Assembly (NCBI RefSeq): GCF_964275005.1 | Contig: NC_092698.1 | Coordinates: forward strand, 38,664,639-38,728,638 | Length of the DNA: 64,000 nucleotides | Source of the DNA: Diadema setosum | Taxonomy: Eukaryota | Direction of reading: 5' to 3' | Shown: positions 35,100 to 47,555 of the stretch, one piece after another | How positions within the stretch are numbered: position 1 is the stretch's first letter | How the letters are laid out: each line of letters begins with the position of its first letter | Notes under the pieces: generated by a model | The model's database searches: none | What the model was told of the DNA's origin: nothing | The model's input: the letters and a program-made list of their open reading frames with translations, nothing else | Position numbers and translations under genes: made by a program

Positions 35100-35930
35100 A
35101 ATAACTCTCTACTGAGGACTTCAATTTCAATCAAACTTGGAGGGAAGAGTGGTTATACAAAGTTACACCTTTTACCAAACATGAAGGTCACCTCAAGGTC
35201 AAAGCTCACAGGCAGAGGTCAATGAACTTTAGGACCCAATGTTAAAGGGATCGTACAGTTTTGGGTGAGACCTAATTTCAGGTTTCTAACATTTTTAGGT
35301 GAGATAATGAGAAATCTCATATGAAATATGAAAGAGCATGCAATTTTATGAGGAATTCAACGTTTATTTGAAAAAAATTGGCTTTGAAATGGCTGAGATA
35401 TCCAAAAAGAACGATTCTAATAAAGTGTGGGACCCACACTTTGTAACGATCGCTTTGTTTTACTTTGTTTTTGGAAGTTTCAGTTATTCCAAACCCGATT
35501 TTCATCAAATAAACTTTGAATTCCTCTTAAAATGGTATGCTCTGTGCTATATCATAAGTGTTTTCTTGGTATCTTGCAAAAATTCGAAAGCCTATTTCTC
35601 ATCTCAACCAAAACTGTACTATCCCTTTAAGTTTTTACGGCGCGTTTTGATTATGACTCATAACTTTTGATGTATATGTCCGTTTTTACCAAACTTGTAT
35701 GTTAGATGTCCCTTGGGGAGTTGAAGGTTACCACAAGGTCAAAGGTCACAGACAGGGGTCAACGAACTTTTAGGGGCCAATATTAAGTTTTTACGGCGCG
35801 TTTCGATTATGGCTCATAACTTTTGATCCCTTTGTCCGTTTGTGACCAAAATTGGATGGTAAATGTCCCATGGGAAGTTGAAGGTCACCACAAGGTCAAA
35901 GGTCATAGGCGGGTCAATGAACTTCCGGGA
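35100..35930. repeat. About 150-bp satellite-like tandem units (3 copies) flanking the MITE copy c
   Basis: Unit ...gtccgtttttaccaaac...ggtcaccacaaggtcaaaggtcacagacaggggtcaacgaactttt... at 35100-35245, 35640-35785 and 35785-35930. Confidence 0.6.
35246..35626. mobile_element. MITE family X, copy c (PARP4 intron), TTAA target-site duplication
   Basis: TIR AGGGATCGTACAG.../...CTGTACTATCCCT; TTAA at 35242-35245 and 35627-35630. Confidence 0.7.
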
Positions 35931-36006
35931 GTTAGAAAAACATTTGTTTCTTCTACGCCAATGGGTGAGACACAATTTGGCCCTTGCCTTGTTCCCGTTG
36001 TTACAG

Positions 36007-36144
36007 AGGAGGAGTGACAGACATGTTTCCGTTGCCATGAGCGACGGAGACCGGCTCATTGATGGTATCCAGCTCCTTATCGACATGGAGGATGCCCACA
36101 CACCACGGCTTTGGCGGGAAAGACACCCTGATGGCGGAAAAGAG
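36007..36144 (+). CDS. PARP4: PARP4-like exon (RRSDRHVSVAMSDGDRLIDGIQLLIDMEDAHTPRLWRERHPDGGKE)
   Basis: gttacag acceptor, GAG|GTAAGA donor; PRMWVEKHPEKESE equivalent. Confidence 0.65.
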
Positions 36145-36411
36145 GTAAGAAAATAGTCGATTCATGGGTTCTTCTCACTTAAGAATGACAGTATGGGGTT
36201 ATTCAACCGCATACCTCGCTAGTGTGTACGTTTTAGTGATTCCAGTTTGTAATGAATTTTATTGCAGTATATAATTATGTACATTTTGGTTTCCCTTTGG
36301 AGCTTCAGGTGGAGCCCGAATGTGGAGAGGCACGATTTTGAATTTCGTTTCGTACAAAATGGTCATGCCAGTTCATAACCGTAATAAATGTAGTTATTTT
36401 CATCCCAACAG

Positions 36412-36598
36412 GCTTACATGGTGGTGTTTTACCCAGAATTTCAAGTGAGTGCAATCAAGAGCCCGGAAGTTGTCATTATGTTGGATCGCTCTACGTCAAT
36501 GAAGGGAGAGCCTATGAAAGACGCAAAGAAACTCGTTCACATGATCCTGGAAAATCTACCGCCTGGAAGTCGATACAATCTCATCGTCTTCGGAAATG
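36412..36598 (+). CDS. PARP4: PARP4-like exon, VWA domain start (AYMVVFYPEFQ...VVIMLDRSTSMKGEPMKDAKKLVHMILENLPPGSRYNLIVFGN)
   Basis: caacag acceptor, G|GTATTT donor; VWA MIDAS motif DRSTSM (DxSxS) and an IIQFG-like strand. Confidence 0.8.
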
Positions 36599-36896
36599 GT
36601 ATTTGACATAGGGCATACCCTCTGATCATATACATCTACTGATCAAATTATTCATTGTACCTTTTATCACGTTGTTGATGTACAGCGACAATTCCACTCA
36701 ATACTAACAATAGTGCATTTAACGTACATGACGTCTTCCTGATTGACACTGTAGTGCAGTGTAATGCACTGTGATTTTAAGTGATTTCATTCTAAAGCAT
36801 TGTTTATCACAAACTAGATAAGGAAAAAATGTTGGAATGTGTGTACAGAGTGTATGTACTGGGCACTTATCCTGCTATACATCCTTTGCACCACAG

Positions 36897-37164
36897 ACTT
36901 CGAAGAGCTGTACCCCGCCAGCGTGGTTGCCAGTGACACAAATATCCGAAATACGGAAACGTACTTGAAGTCAGTCAGCTGGGAACGTGGGGCCACTGAG
37001 GTATGGCGCCCTCTACGGGCAATGGCTCTCTTGGCGTCGGATGATGCGCGTCTCATCCGGAATGGATTTCTCATCTCAGATGGTCACGTGAGTAACGAGC
37101 AGGATACCCTAATCGAAGTGGCCACCAACCGACACATCAACCGCCTCTTTACCTTCGGTGTCAG
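36897..37164 (+). CDS. PARP4: PARP4-like exon, VWA domain continued (DFEELYPASVV...GATEVWRPLRAMALLAS...LISDGHVSNEQDTLIEVATNRHINRLFTFGV)
   Basis: ccacag acceptor, AG|GTAAAG donor; the LVSDGH block of VWA domains. Confidence 0.75.
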
Positions 37165-37831
37165 GTAAAGGATATGGAATACGACTACTTATTTACGATG
37201 CATAGTGAACTAAACTGCCTTTACGTCTACCACAACGGAATTATTATAGTGAATCAAATTTTGCATCGCTACATCCATCACAAACAAAATGAAAGTTGCT
37301 TTTAGTCATGTAGCAAGAGAAATAAGTGCAGTATATGACTTGCCTTTTCGCAAAACGATGACTATGACTGATTAAAAAAAAAAAAGATCTCAACCAGTCC
37401 TGACAACAGACAGACTCTCATAATTTTAGAACATGGCGAAGGCTCTAGTCTCTGACATAAAGTGGATCTTTTCTTCATTAAGAACTTTACCGAAACATGC
37501 TTCTTGTATTTGTTAAGAATATAAGGTACAAGGCTGATTGATTTTTAGAGCATTTGAACCTTATTGAGCTTATCACAGTTTCTGGTATTTAATATTTTCT
37601 ACTCATTTCATCTCCTATTTCTCTAATTTTCATTATTATCATTATCATTATCATTATTATGATCTTTTTATATAGACCGAGACTTGTTTACCATGAGTGC
37701 ATAACATAAAGGGAGGGGTATCCATCCAGCCAACATTTTCTGGGTTGTGTCATATTTCTCACTTATATATCAGTTATTTTGATTATTTTCTGTTGTCGGT
37801 CACACTAATACAAATGTACTTCACTTTGCAG

Positions 37832-37931
37832 CTCTGATTCTAACCGCCATGTGCTGCGGACCCTTGCCGACACGGGTGGTGGAGCCTACGAGCAGTTTGA
37901 TCCGAGAAGCAAATCAACTTGGGAAGCAAAA
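37832..37931 (+). CDS. PARP4: PARP4-like exon (SDSNRHVLRTLADTGGGAYEQFDPRSKSTWEAK)
   Basis: tttgcag acceptor, AAA|GTAGGT donor; STANRHVLRILSQCGAGVFEYF equivalent. Confidence 0.75.
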
Positions 37932-38500
37932 GTAGGTGACCAACTCACTATTCTGTTATATGTTAGCATTAGTTTCGTAATTGCTGTTTGAATAACGCAA
38001 TGAAAGGGAACATATCATCAATGGAAACCAAACGTTGAGTTTTAACTTACTGATAGTATACAAGTTTTTGGAAACTATTATTTGCAATCATGAGACGAAT
38101 TCAATCTGTACGGAACGCTCCCTAGCAAACGATGTTTCATATTATTATCAAACAAAGACAATCCATGCAAACCATGTACATTGGAGGAACACAGAAGTCT
38201 ACCGTTTTTATCGCTATAGCAAACTATATGCAAATTTGACGTTTGTATGCATCTGTAAGCAGTATAAATAGGGTGGGCTTGATTGATCATGAAAACATGA
38301 CATAGACCTGTCGTAGTGTAGGCCGATATACATAAGGTACAACGTCACAAACAGTGACAAAGGGAGTGCCCTGAATACTAGTAACCGATAATATGTAAGA
38401 AAACTTTATTTTGCAGCGAATGTTTGTTTCACAGCATGTTTTCTGCCCACCCTCTGGTTAACATGAATGTACCGAAAAGTTCTTTGAATGATCTTCTCAG

Positions 38501-38689
38501 GTAAAGGCCCAGGTTCGGCGATCGTGTCAGCCAGCAGCGACATCCATTAGAGTTGACTGGAGGGCAGAAGGACCGGAGAATCACGTGACCCTGACGAGGA
38601 AGCAAATCATCCAAGCCCCTTCCCAGATCGCATCTCTTTTCACTGGCACCAGACTTGTTCTCTACGCTATGGGACCTGACATTGCTGAA
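38501..38689 (+). CDS. PARP4: PARP4-like exon (VKAQVRRSCQPAATSIRVDWRAEGPENHV...SLFTGTRLVLYAMGPDIAE)
   Basis: cttctcag acceptor, GAA|GTAATT donor; aligns with IEDQMTRLCSPSCHSVSVKWQQ...PSLFLNDRLLVYGF. Confidence 0.7.
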
Positions 38690-39132
38690 GTAATTAAAAT
38701 CCTCACAGATGCTTATCACTGTTTATGCCTGATTGAACTCGAACTTGAGATGGGTTGTTTGAATGTCAATTTTTTATGCGCGATCATAAGAACAGTGATG
38801 TTGTTAGTTCATTCTCAAATATCGACTTGGCAGAGGCATGGTGCACGGTAATTAATGGTTATGCCTACATAAGAAGAAGTTTATCTTTATGTCACGAACC
38901 ACTGAAGTTGGACGATGATTGTGAAAGCTAAAAGCCCAAATCTTGAAAGCATCTTGTTGTTAGTTCGGATTTCCTGTGGATTTCTTTCGCTGTAAATTGA
39001 AATATGTATATTTTTTTTTTATCTCCATGAATAATCCACGGTGAATGTGGTGAAGTTTATAATTCAGTTGCATTTCCACAGTAGGTAATATCTTCCATAG
39101 ATGTCAACGAGGATTCTTTTTCATCTCTTCAG

Positions 39133-39213
39133 GTTGTTCTTAGCGCCGACATTGAAGGTCGAGAAGTAACGTGTAAGGTGACGTCGGAGAACTGCGCCAC
39201 CAACGCCGGTCTG
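39133..39213 (+). CDS. PARP4: PARP4-like exon (VVLSADIEGREVTCKVTSENCATNAGL)
   Basis: ctcttcag acceptor, CTG|GTGAGT donor; phase 0/0. Confidence 0.55.
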
Positions 39214-40174
39214 GTGAGTATATTCTGCTATGTTTATAAGCTGATAAGCTCTGATGTCAGCATGACGCTGTTGTAGGTTTCGTCAAGCCAGTTTGACAAA
39301 AAAGGACCCACAAAGCACCATCACCACCGCGAAAAAAAAAAAACCACCCAACCTAACCGAAACGATCAAGACAAAGACTCAATGTAAAGATTTGGATAAA
39401 CATTCGGCCTTATGTCTTTCAACAAAGAGTTGGATTCTGTACACATTGACGAGAGACGATACACTATAATTATAGTAGTTGACTATCAATATTCGGCAAT
39501 GGTACAAAAATGGAAACTTTATGTGCTCTAGAACACCAGAATTTAAATGTTTTGGATAGTGTAATGTGCTATGTACATAATCAAAAAAAGAAAAAAAAAA
39601 CTAGGTTGAACAGTTTACACCTTTATCTAGGCGTTAGATATGTATGCTATCCCTATAATGTGACATGTTTAAACACATCTTAGTTTGGTTACTACACCTG
39701 CATTTCAGTCATTCGCGATAGGAAATACGTAGCTTTATAATGATCACAACTATCACAAACTTAGAAATGAGTGATATTAATTGGGATCTCTCTTGATTAG
39801 ATCCCGTAAATTTCTAAAGTAAGGAACCAGGGACCACAGTTTAAATGTCTTGCCATTTCCTTGTATACTTATTACTGTACAAGCATTGCTAGCATCTACG
39901 TTATGTTTTCGTCTTCTGTGAAGTTTTGAGTGTGAAATTACCTTTGGCAACATGCTCGAACATATTTTGAGATGGTATTTACCTTCCAGGGCAGTTGAAA
40001 ACCGACAACAATGACAACAACGACACAGAATAGTACATATACCCAGTTCAGACATGTAAATGCATGTTTTCTGTATAGCACTCCTGGACAATCGGCTTGC
40101 ATTGTTCTTTAGATCTGATAGAAATGATTTAAGTATTGCATCGCTTTCTCCGCTGTATCGTTTATATCTGGAAG

Positions 40175-40357
40175 ACGCTTCATCGCCTAGCAACGAGGGG
40201 AGTGGTCAGGGACTGGGAGATTGGATCTGTGCACGCGGATAGGTTGGAAAATGACGCCATGATGGATGACGTCCGGCGATTGCTGGTCCAACTGGGGATC
40301 GAGTTCAACATCATTTCTCCTCTGACGAGTTTTGTGGCAATCGAGGAGCGATCTGAG
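40175..40357 (+). CDS. PARP4: PARP4-like exon (TLHRLATRGVVRDWEIGSVHADRLENDAMMDDVRRLLVQLGIEFNIISPLTSFVAIEERSE)
   Basis: In-frame acceptor ctggaag, GAG|GTAGAG donor; HKLAARALIRDYEDG...SLITQFTSFVAVEKRDE equivalent. The exon start is the least certain part. Confidence 0.6.
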
Positions 40358-40966
40358 GTAGAGCACTAGTAGGGACCTACAGATGAAGATCTTTATCACT
40401 CTCTCTTGTTTGCGCCAACCTGATTGATACCGTACTCACGTCGAGGACATTTCGTTTATTGTTATAATTCCCTATCATCTGAAATCATACTTCTACAATA
40501 CAGTACGTTAATAATGAACATACCATATTGTATTTTCCTAATACAATGTACCTTATTTATGGATATACATAACACACCATGATTGGCCATGAAATTGTCA
40601 ATCATAATAATGTTCATTTTCAAAGTAATAAAGACATGATATTACGTATACAATAATCATAGATTGGCATTAGGCACAGTATCTTTTCAATTGGCTGAAA
40701 TGTCGCCAAGTAACTTCGGAATCCGAAGCGCATTATGCTGCATGAGGATATCCAATAGCCTATATGAAAAGACAAGACACAAGTTATATTTCTCGTGGTT
40801 TATAGTTTTGTAATCTAGGACCACCATTTATCATATTATGATGGTATCATCAGGCTCAAAAGACCAAATTTAAAAAAAATGTGAAAACTCCGACAAAAAA
40901 GTAGATAAAATGCAATGAAAAAAAAAAACAATCACAGTAACTGGTAGTGCATATCTATACTCGCAG

Positions 40967-41086
40967 GACGAAACAAAGAAAGACGATCCATCGATGTCAA
41001 GTCTACTGGCCGAGATGAGTCCTGGGGGCCGTGACACGCAGCATGGAACATGGCACAGCCAGCCTGCCTCCACGGGCACAGAATCG
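40967..41086 (+). CDS. PARP4: PARP4-like exon (DETKKDDPSMSSLLAEMSPGGRDTQHGTWHSQPASTGTES)
   Basis: ctcgcag acceptor, TCG|GTATGG donor; phase 0/0; low-complexity linker region. Confidence 0.45.
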
Positions 41087-41618
41087 GTATGGTTGCCATA
41101 GCAACTATGGCTCATCTTCCTCAGGGATGAAGTCTGCATCTAATAATGAGCAGTTCTCTGGAGAGAAAGGGGTGCCCTTCCGGCTTAAAAGCTGACACAG
41201 GCATCGACTAGAAACATGAAATAAATTTGGGCTGAAGCAGGTCGAGGTTGTCAAGGGATGATCATTTTCAGGAGGAAATTTAATGTTTTGTTTATTTATT
41301 TATATATTTTGGGATTTTCAGTGAGAATCTTGCAGAATAAAGTATGCATATTGCGCGATAGATTTGATAAACCTTTTATCCTTCATCATTACTAAATGAT
41401 ATTAACATTATCGTTGGAAATATCAAGGATGATAAATGTTGAATAGATTAAAAAAAAAAAAAGATCAGTCTCAGAGTACAATGGATTGTAGTGATAATAA
41501 GTAGAGATGGGCCGATCAAACTTATTAAAAAAAAATCGTAAAAACGTGTTCAATTTCCCCATTAACATTGTAAATGAAATTATATGAAATACGTTTTTCT
41601 TGTAACTTTGGTCCTCAG

Positions 41619-41768
41619 AGTGATGCTATCACTAGACTGGAGGATATTCTGTCTCGAGCCAAGGGAGCCCAGAATACTTTCTCCTTCGTGACCGCTGAGA
41701 ACCAATATCAACGTGCGATGGAGCTCGCCTCGGAGTCTCTGCCTCCAACGCACCCTTGTGTGCAAGAG
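41619..41768 (+). CDS. PARP4: PARP4-like exon (SDAITRLEDILSRAKGAQNTFSFVTAENQYQRAMELASESLPPTHPCVQE)
   Basis: gtcctcag acceptor, GAG|GTAACC donor; phase 0/0. Confidence 0.5.
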
Positions 41769-42473
41769 GTAACCCTTTAGATGAATTTTGCCGTCATTTT
41801 GCCATTCAATTTCCACGAGAAAGACAACGAACATAGAAAATTGAAGATAAGGTGAATATAATTTTGAAGCAACGGTGACAACAGAAGCCAAAAAATCTGC
41901 GTAAGGCTATCATCAATCATGACCCGCCAGCCTGTTGACACCATGGAGTGTGGAGGCTGGCCCGGCGGCTCGGATATATTCGAGAATTCCCGTAACGACT
42001 TGTGTTAAACTTCATCACTGATCTTTATGTAAAGTACACACACAGCCGAAGAATCTCGACTGCAGTCGACCATTGCCGATGAGCGTACGCTTCAATGTAC
42101 ATTCGCTGACGAGCGCTATTCCTGGTTTTCGAACGTACGAACCCCGATGGGTAGTCAATGACGATCGATTCAGAATTGTTCCATCCATTTCTTCCCAGGC
42201 AGCCGTGTCTTGAAAACTTTGCTAAACTCATCATCAATGACTTTATGAAGCATTCTTGAAAATAATTTGGATCAATGTAGCGTTAGGGATACTCGAATAC
42301 GTCCTGAATTAAAACAATTTCATTGATGGTACAACGGTATGAAAGACGGTATAAAGATCTCAGCCATTGACATCGTATATGAAAGCTACGATATTATTAT
42401 ATGAACTAAAAAATGCTAAAAATAATGATGCGATTTATCGTCATGAATGCATGGTTGTCTTATTATTATGCAG

Positions 42474-42643
42474 GCATTCCTGGCAGTGGCTAACTTCCAC
42501 CTTCACATCAAAGGCGAGGCGACCAAGGCGAGGGATGTTCTTGATGACATCCTCCAACGAGTCAAAACGTCAACATCTGCTGAGATTGATCGGAGGCTCA
42601 CTAACATGTCTAAGATGTTAGTATTTGAGTTTTGTGGGAAGGG
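42474..42643 (+). CDS. PARP4: PARP4-like exon (AFLAVANFHLHIKGEATKARDVLDDILQRVKTSTSAEIDRRLTNMSKMLVFEFCGK)
   Basis: tatgcag acceptor; donor GG|GTGAAG chosen because it gives the phase 2 required by the next exon. Confidence 0.45.
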
Positions 42644-43127
42644 GTGAAGACGCATGCGTAATATTCAGTTAAGCAATCTGCTGTAGCAGCTAAACTTCCT
42701 TGAGAAGCCTTTGCGTTATCTTTTTAAATGATTGTGTCGATAAAAGCAGATTGCGGTTGGAAACTCCATAGAGCATGTAGAATGTTTAGGCAAACTACCG
42801 GTCTGCCCGTTCGTAAGGTGATTTATATCTATATCAAGCATTCCTTTGTTCCTTATACTGTCTCGTAGCCTTTGTAAAATGTACCAACACCGCAAAGCGT
42901 TATGTCTCATACAGTTTGTTCGATTTCTTCGCATTGTGTATTTAGTAAAAAGGAGCAACGAAAGTACATCTAATTATTGGTGGCAGATTTTAGATGTGGT
43001 TGTAACATCAATTGATTTCGATACCCCATCCTAGGTCTTTTGAAAGTTTTGCTTTTGTTCACTCTTCTTCGCCATTGAACTGACATAATGTTTTATTTTT
43101 GTTATTTTTTGTTAATCCCTACCACAG

Positions 43128-44724
43128 ATGTCAATGTGTTATTGATGAAGGAATCCAAGGGAAAGAGCGGCAGCTCAAACCACCGGGTGAATCACAGAAA
43201 CACGATCGCATGGTTCGCATAGAATCTCGAGAAACACAGCAGCCCTGCGATCCTCCGATACCATCGGCTAAAGCCATGGACTCTACACAGCAGGCTCTAA
43301 AGACGGAGGAGCTGGTTTCCCCAACACTCCGAGATGTTGATATGGATCAACTTGCAGATCAGCTGGAATTGTTATCTCCCACGGAAGACACACAGAAATC
43401 ATTTCTTGCACATGCAGAAGAGGCGTGTGCGCTCAAGGAATCACCTGTCGACGTCATGGAGCTTTCGGAGGAGGTTTACTTTGCTGATGAGCCTGAACCT
43501 GCCTACATGGTAGAATCTGTTCAGGAAATTCAGCTAGTTGAAGATGTGATGTCTCCTGTCCTCTGTTTAGCTGAACCAGCTAATAGGTCGTTGGTCTTTT
43601 CATATGAAACCGAAGCTGCATACCTTGAGCCTGTGCAAGAACTTCAGATCTGTGAGGAAGTACAAGAAGTATTATCTCCTGTCCTGGAATCGAGCGTTGA
43701 ACCGTTACCTTTGATGTTAGCAGAAGTTGAGTCTGTCACAGAGCTGAGGAAAGAAGTGGCAGAACCTATGAAATTGGAACAACGCAGGGAGAAAAGGTTA
43801 GAGTTGGCAGAACCTGTGTTGATGAAGAAAAAAAAAGCGTTGGCAGAACCTGTGATGCTGGAGGAAAAATTGGCGTTCGCAGAACCTGTGATGCTGGAAG
43901 AACGAATGGAGACACGGGTAAAGATGGCAGAACCTGTATTAATGGCGAAAAAGTTGGAGTTGGCAGAACCTGTGATGCTGGAAAAGCATATAGAGGAAAA
44001 GTTGGAGTTGGCAGAACCTGTGATGATGGAGGATAAATTTGCGTTCGCAGAACCTGTGATGCTGGAAGAACGAATGGAGACACGGGTAAAGATGGCAGAA
44101 CCTGTAATGATGGCGAAAGAGTTAGACTTGGCAGAACCTGTGATGCTGGAAGAACGAATGGAGACACGAGTAAAAATGGCAGAACCTGTAATGATGATGA
44201 AGCAACATATTGAGGAAAGTTTAGAGTTGGCAGAACCTGTCATGATGGAGGAAAAGTTAGAGTTGGCAGAACCTGTGATGCTGAAGGAGCAATTGGCTTT
44301 CGCAGAACCTGTGATGCTGGAAAAGCATATAGAGGAAAAGTTAGAGTTGGCTGAACCTGTATTTATGGCGAAAAAGTTAGAATTGGCAGAACCTGTGATG
44401 CTGGAAGAACGAATGGAGACACGATTAACGATGGCAGAACCTGTAATGATGGTACAACACATGGATGAAAAAATGGCGTTGGCAGAACCTGTCATGATGG
44501 AGGAAGAGCTGGCGTTGGCAGAACCAGTGATGATGAAGGCACATAGAGAGGAAATATTAGAGTTGGCAGAAGCTCCCGAGTTGAATCAAGTACTTGACGC
44601 TACCTCAGCTTTGGAAGCCGATGACATCCTGCCAAAACAACAACAGCACGCTCCAGCAAAGGAAGATCTCGAAAAGACAGAGGCCTTCGACATAATTACA
44701 AGAATTTTGCAAGTAGGGCATCAG
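43128..44724 (+). CDS. PARP4: PARP4-like giant exon (532 codons): acidic region with two ~36-aa repeats followed by about 19 tandem (L/M/F)AEPVM(L/M) repeats of 11-15 aa
   Basis: ccaccacag acceptor (phase 2), CAG|GTAAGG donor; open frame throughout (ORF 43099-44838); nucleotide repeat unit gcagaacctgtgatgctggaag... with 33/36/45-bp periods. Confidence 0.7.
43750..44580 (+). repeat. Coding tandem-repeat array inside the PARP4-like giant exon
   Basis: About 19 occurrences of gcagaacctgt(g/a)atg(c/a)tg... spaced 33-45 bp apart. Confidence 0.85.
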
Positions 44725-45115
44725 GTAAGGAGCAAGATCAGTTTTAAAAAAATCGATTTCAAAATGCAGAGTATTTGCATCCATTTTAATTCAATAACAT
44801 TGGAACAAACAGAAGCAGAGCTAGAAATTCCTACATGAATTGTATCTTCCTAACTAGAATCAGTTCACGGAATAACCGTCATACTTACTCTCTGTACGAC
44901 CGAAACAATAACAATGTAACCATCTTATTCAGTATCATGGCTCACTCAGTGCAACTCTAGCTCCTGAGCTGTACCATCACGTCTGCTTCGAACAGCAAAT
45001 GCTTTCTAAATATTTCACGACTGCAGAGGTTTTTCATTTACTGCGTATAGATAGTGCACATAATCTTGAATGAAAATAGGAATCCAAACTTGATTATACT
45101 GTACCATTCATGCAG

Positions 45116-45299
45116 AAGAATGTGACTTTATGTACAACTTTCACCACGTCCTGTCACTTTTATCAGGACGAGCAGTCCCGCTGGTGTTGGGAGCTCGCTG
45201 ACATCGAAGGAGAATTCGGCATCGACTGCAGCAAAGTGACCGATGCACTTCAGCAGCCTGACCAATACCTGGACATGGATAACACGCTGCTTGAAACTT
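45116..45299 (+). CDS. PARP4: PARP4-like exon (KNVTLCTTFTTSCHFYQDEQSRWCWELADIEGEFGIDCSKVTDALQQPDQYLDMDNTLLET)
   Basis: tcatgcag acceptor (alternative in-frame acceptor at ttatcag, 45162), T|GTAAGT donor. Confidence 0.55.
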
Positions 45300-45921
45300 G
45301 TAAGTTTCTCTTCCCGCTTCTAAAATTTCTCCTGTTAACTTATCAAATTCAACTGGGTCCGAGTGTCCGAGTGAGGGAGAAAATTAATCATGGACAAGTC
45401 GTTACAAATCAGCGGGTAGGGAAACAGGATCATATGAAATATACAAACAATCACACACACACACACACACACAACACCGCAAATCATACATTTCATTGAA
45501 GACTGGTGGGCACTTTCAGCTTGAATATAGTGTTTGTGGTATAGACTCTAGACCCAGTTGCTAAAATAGACGTAAGATATTCAGACGTTGTTCAAATGCA
45601 TTTAATCAGGTCACATACGTGAGAATAAGGTCTTCCAAATGTTGAAAGCGACACCCTCCAATAAAGCTGATTCACATTAGACTGTGAAAGAATTTGTGCC
45701 TTTAGTCTCGCTACCGATCCACTTTACATTCCTTGGATGATTTGGCAGTCAACAGGTGACAAACAAAATGTACCATAACGTGCTTCCATCCTGTTTCATG
45801 GATAGAGCAAGAAAGTCTTTTTTCCCATAAGTATGACAAGCGACTTGGGTAACCTTAGCAGCAAAGGGTGACCAACTGTTAACTCCAAGTTTGGCTCTCT
45901 GTTGTCTTCGTCCTGATATAG

Positions 45922-46184
45922 GGATGTCAAGCCTCGGCCTCATCAAGAGGATTGTTGCAACTCTCCTTGTCACCGCCCTGCTCTCATGCCTGGAATCGAC
46001 ACTCCACTCAACCGACATCGACGTCGCCAACGTTCGGTTGTCGTGGGAGAAGACTTACCAACCACCGCCTGAGTTATGCAGCTTGGCTGTGAAGTGTGGT
46101 CTGGACGTGTCCTGGAAGGACGCCCTCACCGTATTTCAACTAGAGAACACCCTTGATGACATCATCAATAGAGTTTCAAGTTGA
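45922..46184 (+). CDS. PARP4: PARP4-like terminal exon (WMSSLGLIKRIVATLLVTALLSCLES...LENTLDDIINRVSS*), similar to the vertebrate PARP4 MVP-interaction region
   Basis: gatatag acceptor (phase 1), TGA at 46182-46184; SSLGLIKRIVATLLVTALL resembles RECLLDLIATMLVLQFI of vertebrate PARP4. Confidence 0.6.
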
Positions 46185-47414
46185 GCCTTTAACTTGGAAG
46201 GGACGGTTTCCTCACAGAAAACTTATATTCTTAGACTTTTTTTTTTTACTTATGAAAAACGTCATGAAGTAATAATGTTTTACATTCAGATTTCTTATAG
46301 GAAAGAGAATATAGTGTAGTATGCCTTATAGTGTAGTATGCGATAGGAAGAGAATAATAATTATAGTGTAGTGTGCCTTATGACGCAATAGTATTTTGCG
46401 TTAAGCTTTGTGTTATACTAATCACGATAAGTTGACATCTTGACTTCAGACAGTGATATGAGTTTCGAAAATTTTTACGTCATGGCGCGAATATGAAGTA
46501 ATTGCAGCGATTTTGCTCAGTTTAGCTTTTTCCCATAAATAATGAAAGGTAATTCAATCCGTATCTATTTCATTCAAACAGATAAAAAACATTCCTGACA
46601 AAGCTACAGATAATATGAATTCAAGTTTTATGAACAGCTGCCACCATAACAAAAGCATATAAATACAGGTCAAATTTAAGAACGAATTCATAAAAAGAAA
46701 AAGCAAACGAACCAAAAACACACATTAAGGAAATACAATAGACACATTAAAAAATGAATACAAAGTAATAACCGAATACCTAAATTACATTTGTTTATAA
46801 TTTTAATCTTAGCTTAAAAACATTGCTATTGCTGCTAAAGATATGCAGTGACAAGAATGTGAGAATCCTCAGTTCAGCCTGATATAGTTTGTTTACAATT
46901 TGTTTGGTTCTCTCAGCTTTGACTTACAGACTTCAAGCATTTAAGTTCCTATATTTATTAGGTCAAGAGAAAAAAACCTAAACATTCAAGGTACTGATGT
47001 AGCAGAGGCAGTATAAACTAAATGACGTCATTTACTTGCTTTCATGATGTCGTATAGGGATAGCGTCGTTGAATCTTTGTCTGTTTTCGTATTGGAATCG
47101 TGCAACTGCTAAGCAGCTTACAGGATCCAGTGTTGCGCTGCTGATTTTCACATTTTTGTTTGTTTTTTGTGATTCAGTCAAAATGATGCATAAAAAGAGA
47201 GAAGGCAAAGGAAAGGTGATACGTTGCACTGTTTCATACAGCATGTAACAGGACGTCGTATATATGTATGTGTCCGGTCCAACACAATGATAAAGCAGAT
47301 ATAATATGCACCCTGTCTCTCCACAAATCTTCCCCGTAACCAGAATGGTTGGTCTTAGCTATGAGATGATTAAATAGTAGTATCTGGAAGAAACGGTATA
47401 CGCTGAACAGTTGA

Positions 47415-47555
47415 CTCCCGTTACAACGAAGTCCTCGGGACCAGTAATTTTCATTCGTTATAACGAAACAAATAAACAATAAAAAATATAGGGAAGATCA
47501 TGTTGCGGTCTGAATTTTTCTTTAGTTTTAACCGTATTCGTTATAACGGGAGTGC
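47415..47555. mobile_element. Short foldback element (cactcccgttataacgaa inverted termini)
   Basis: actcccgttacaacgaa ... ttcgttataacgggagtg. Confidence 0.5.

Noticed and set aside
43644-44495. 283-aa minus-strand ORF (ITGSANSNFSS... repeats) and the 43766-44167 ORF
   Set aside because: These are antisense reading frames kept open only by the periodicity of the sense-strand AEPVM coding repeats. The sense strand has splice sites and homology context; the antisense has neither.
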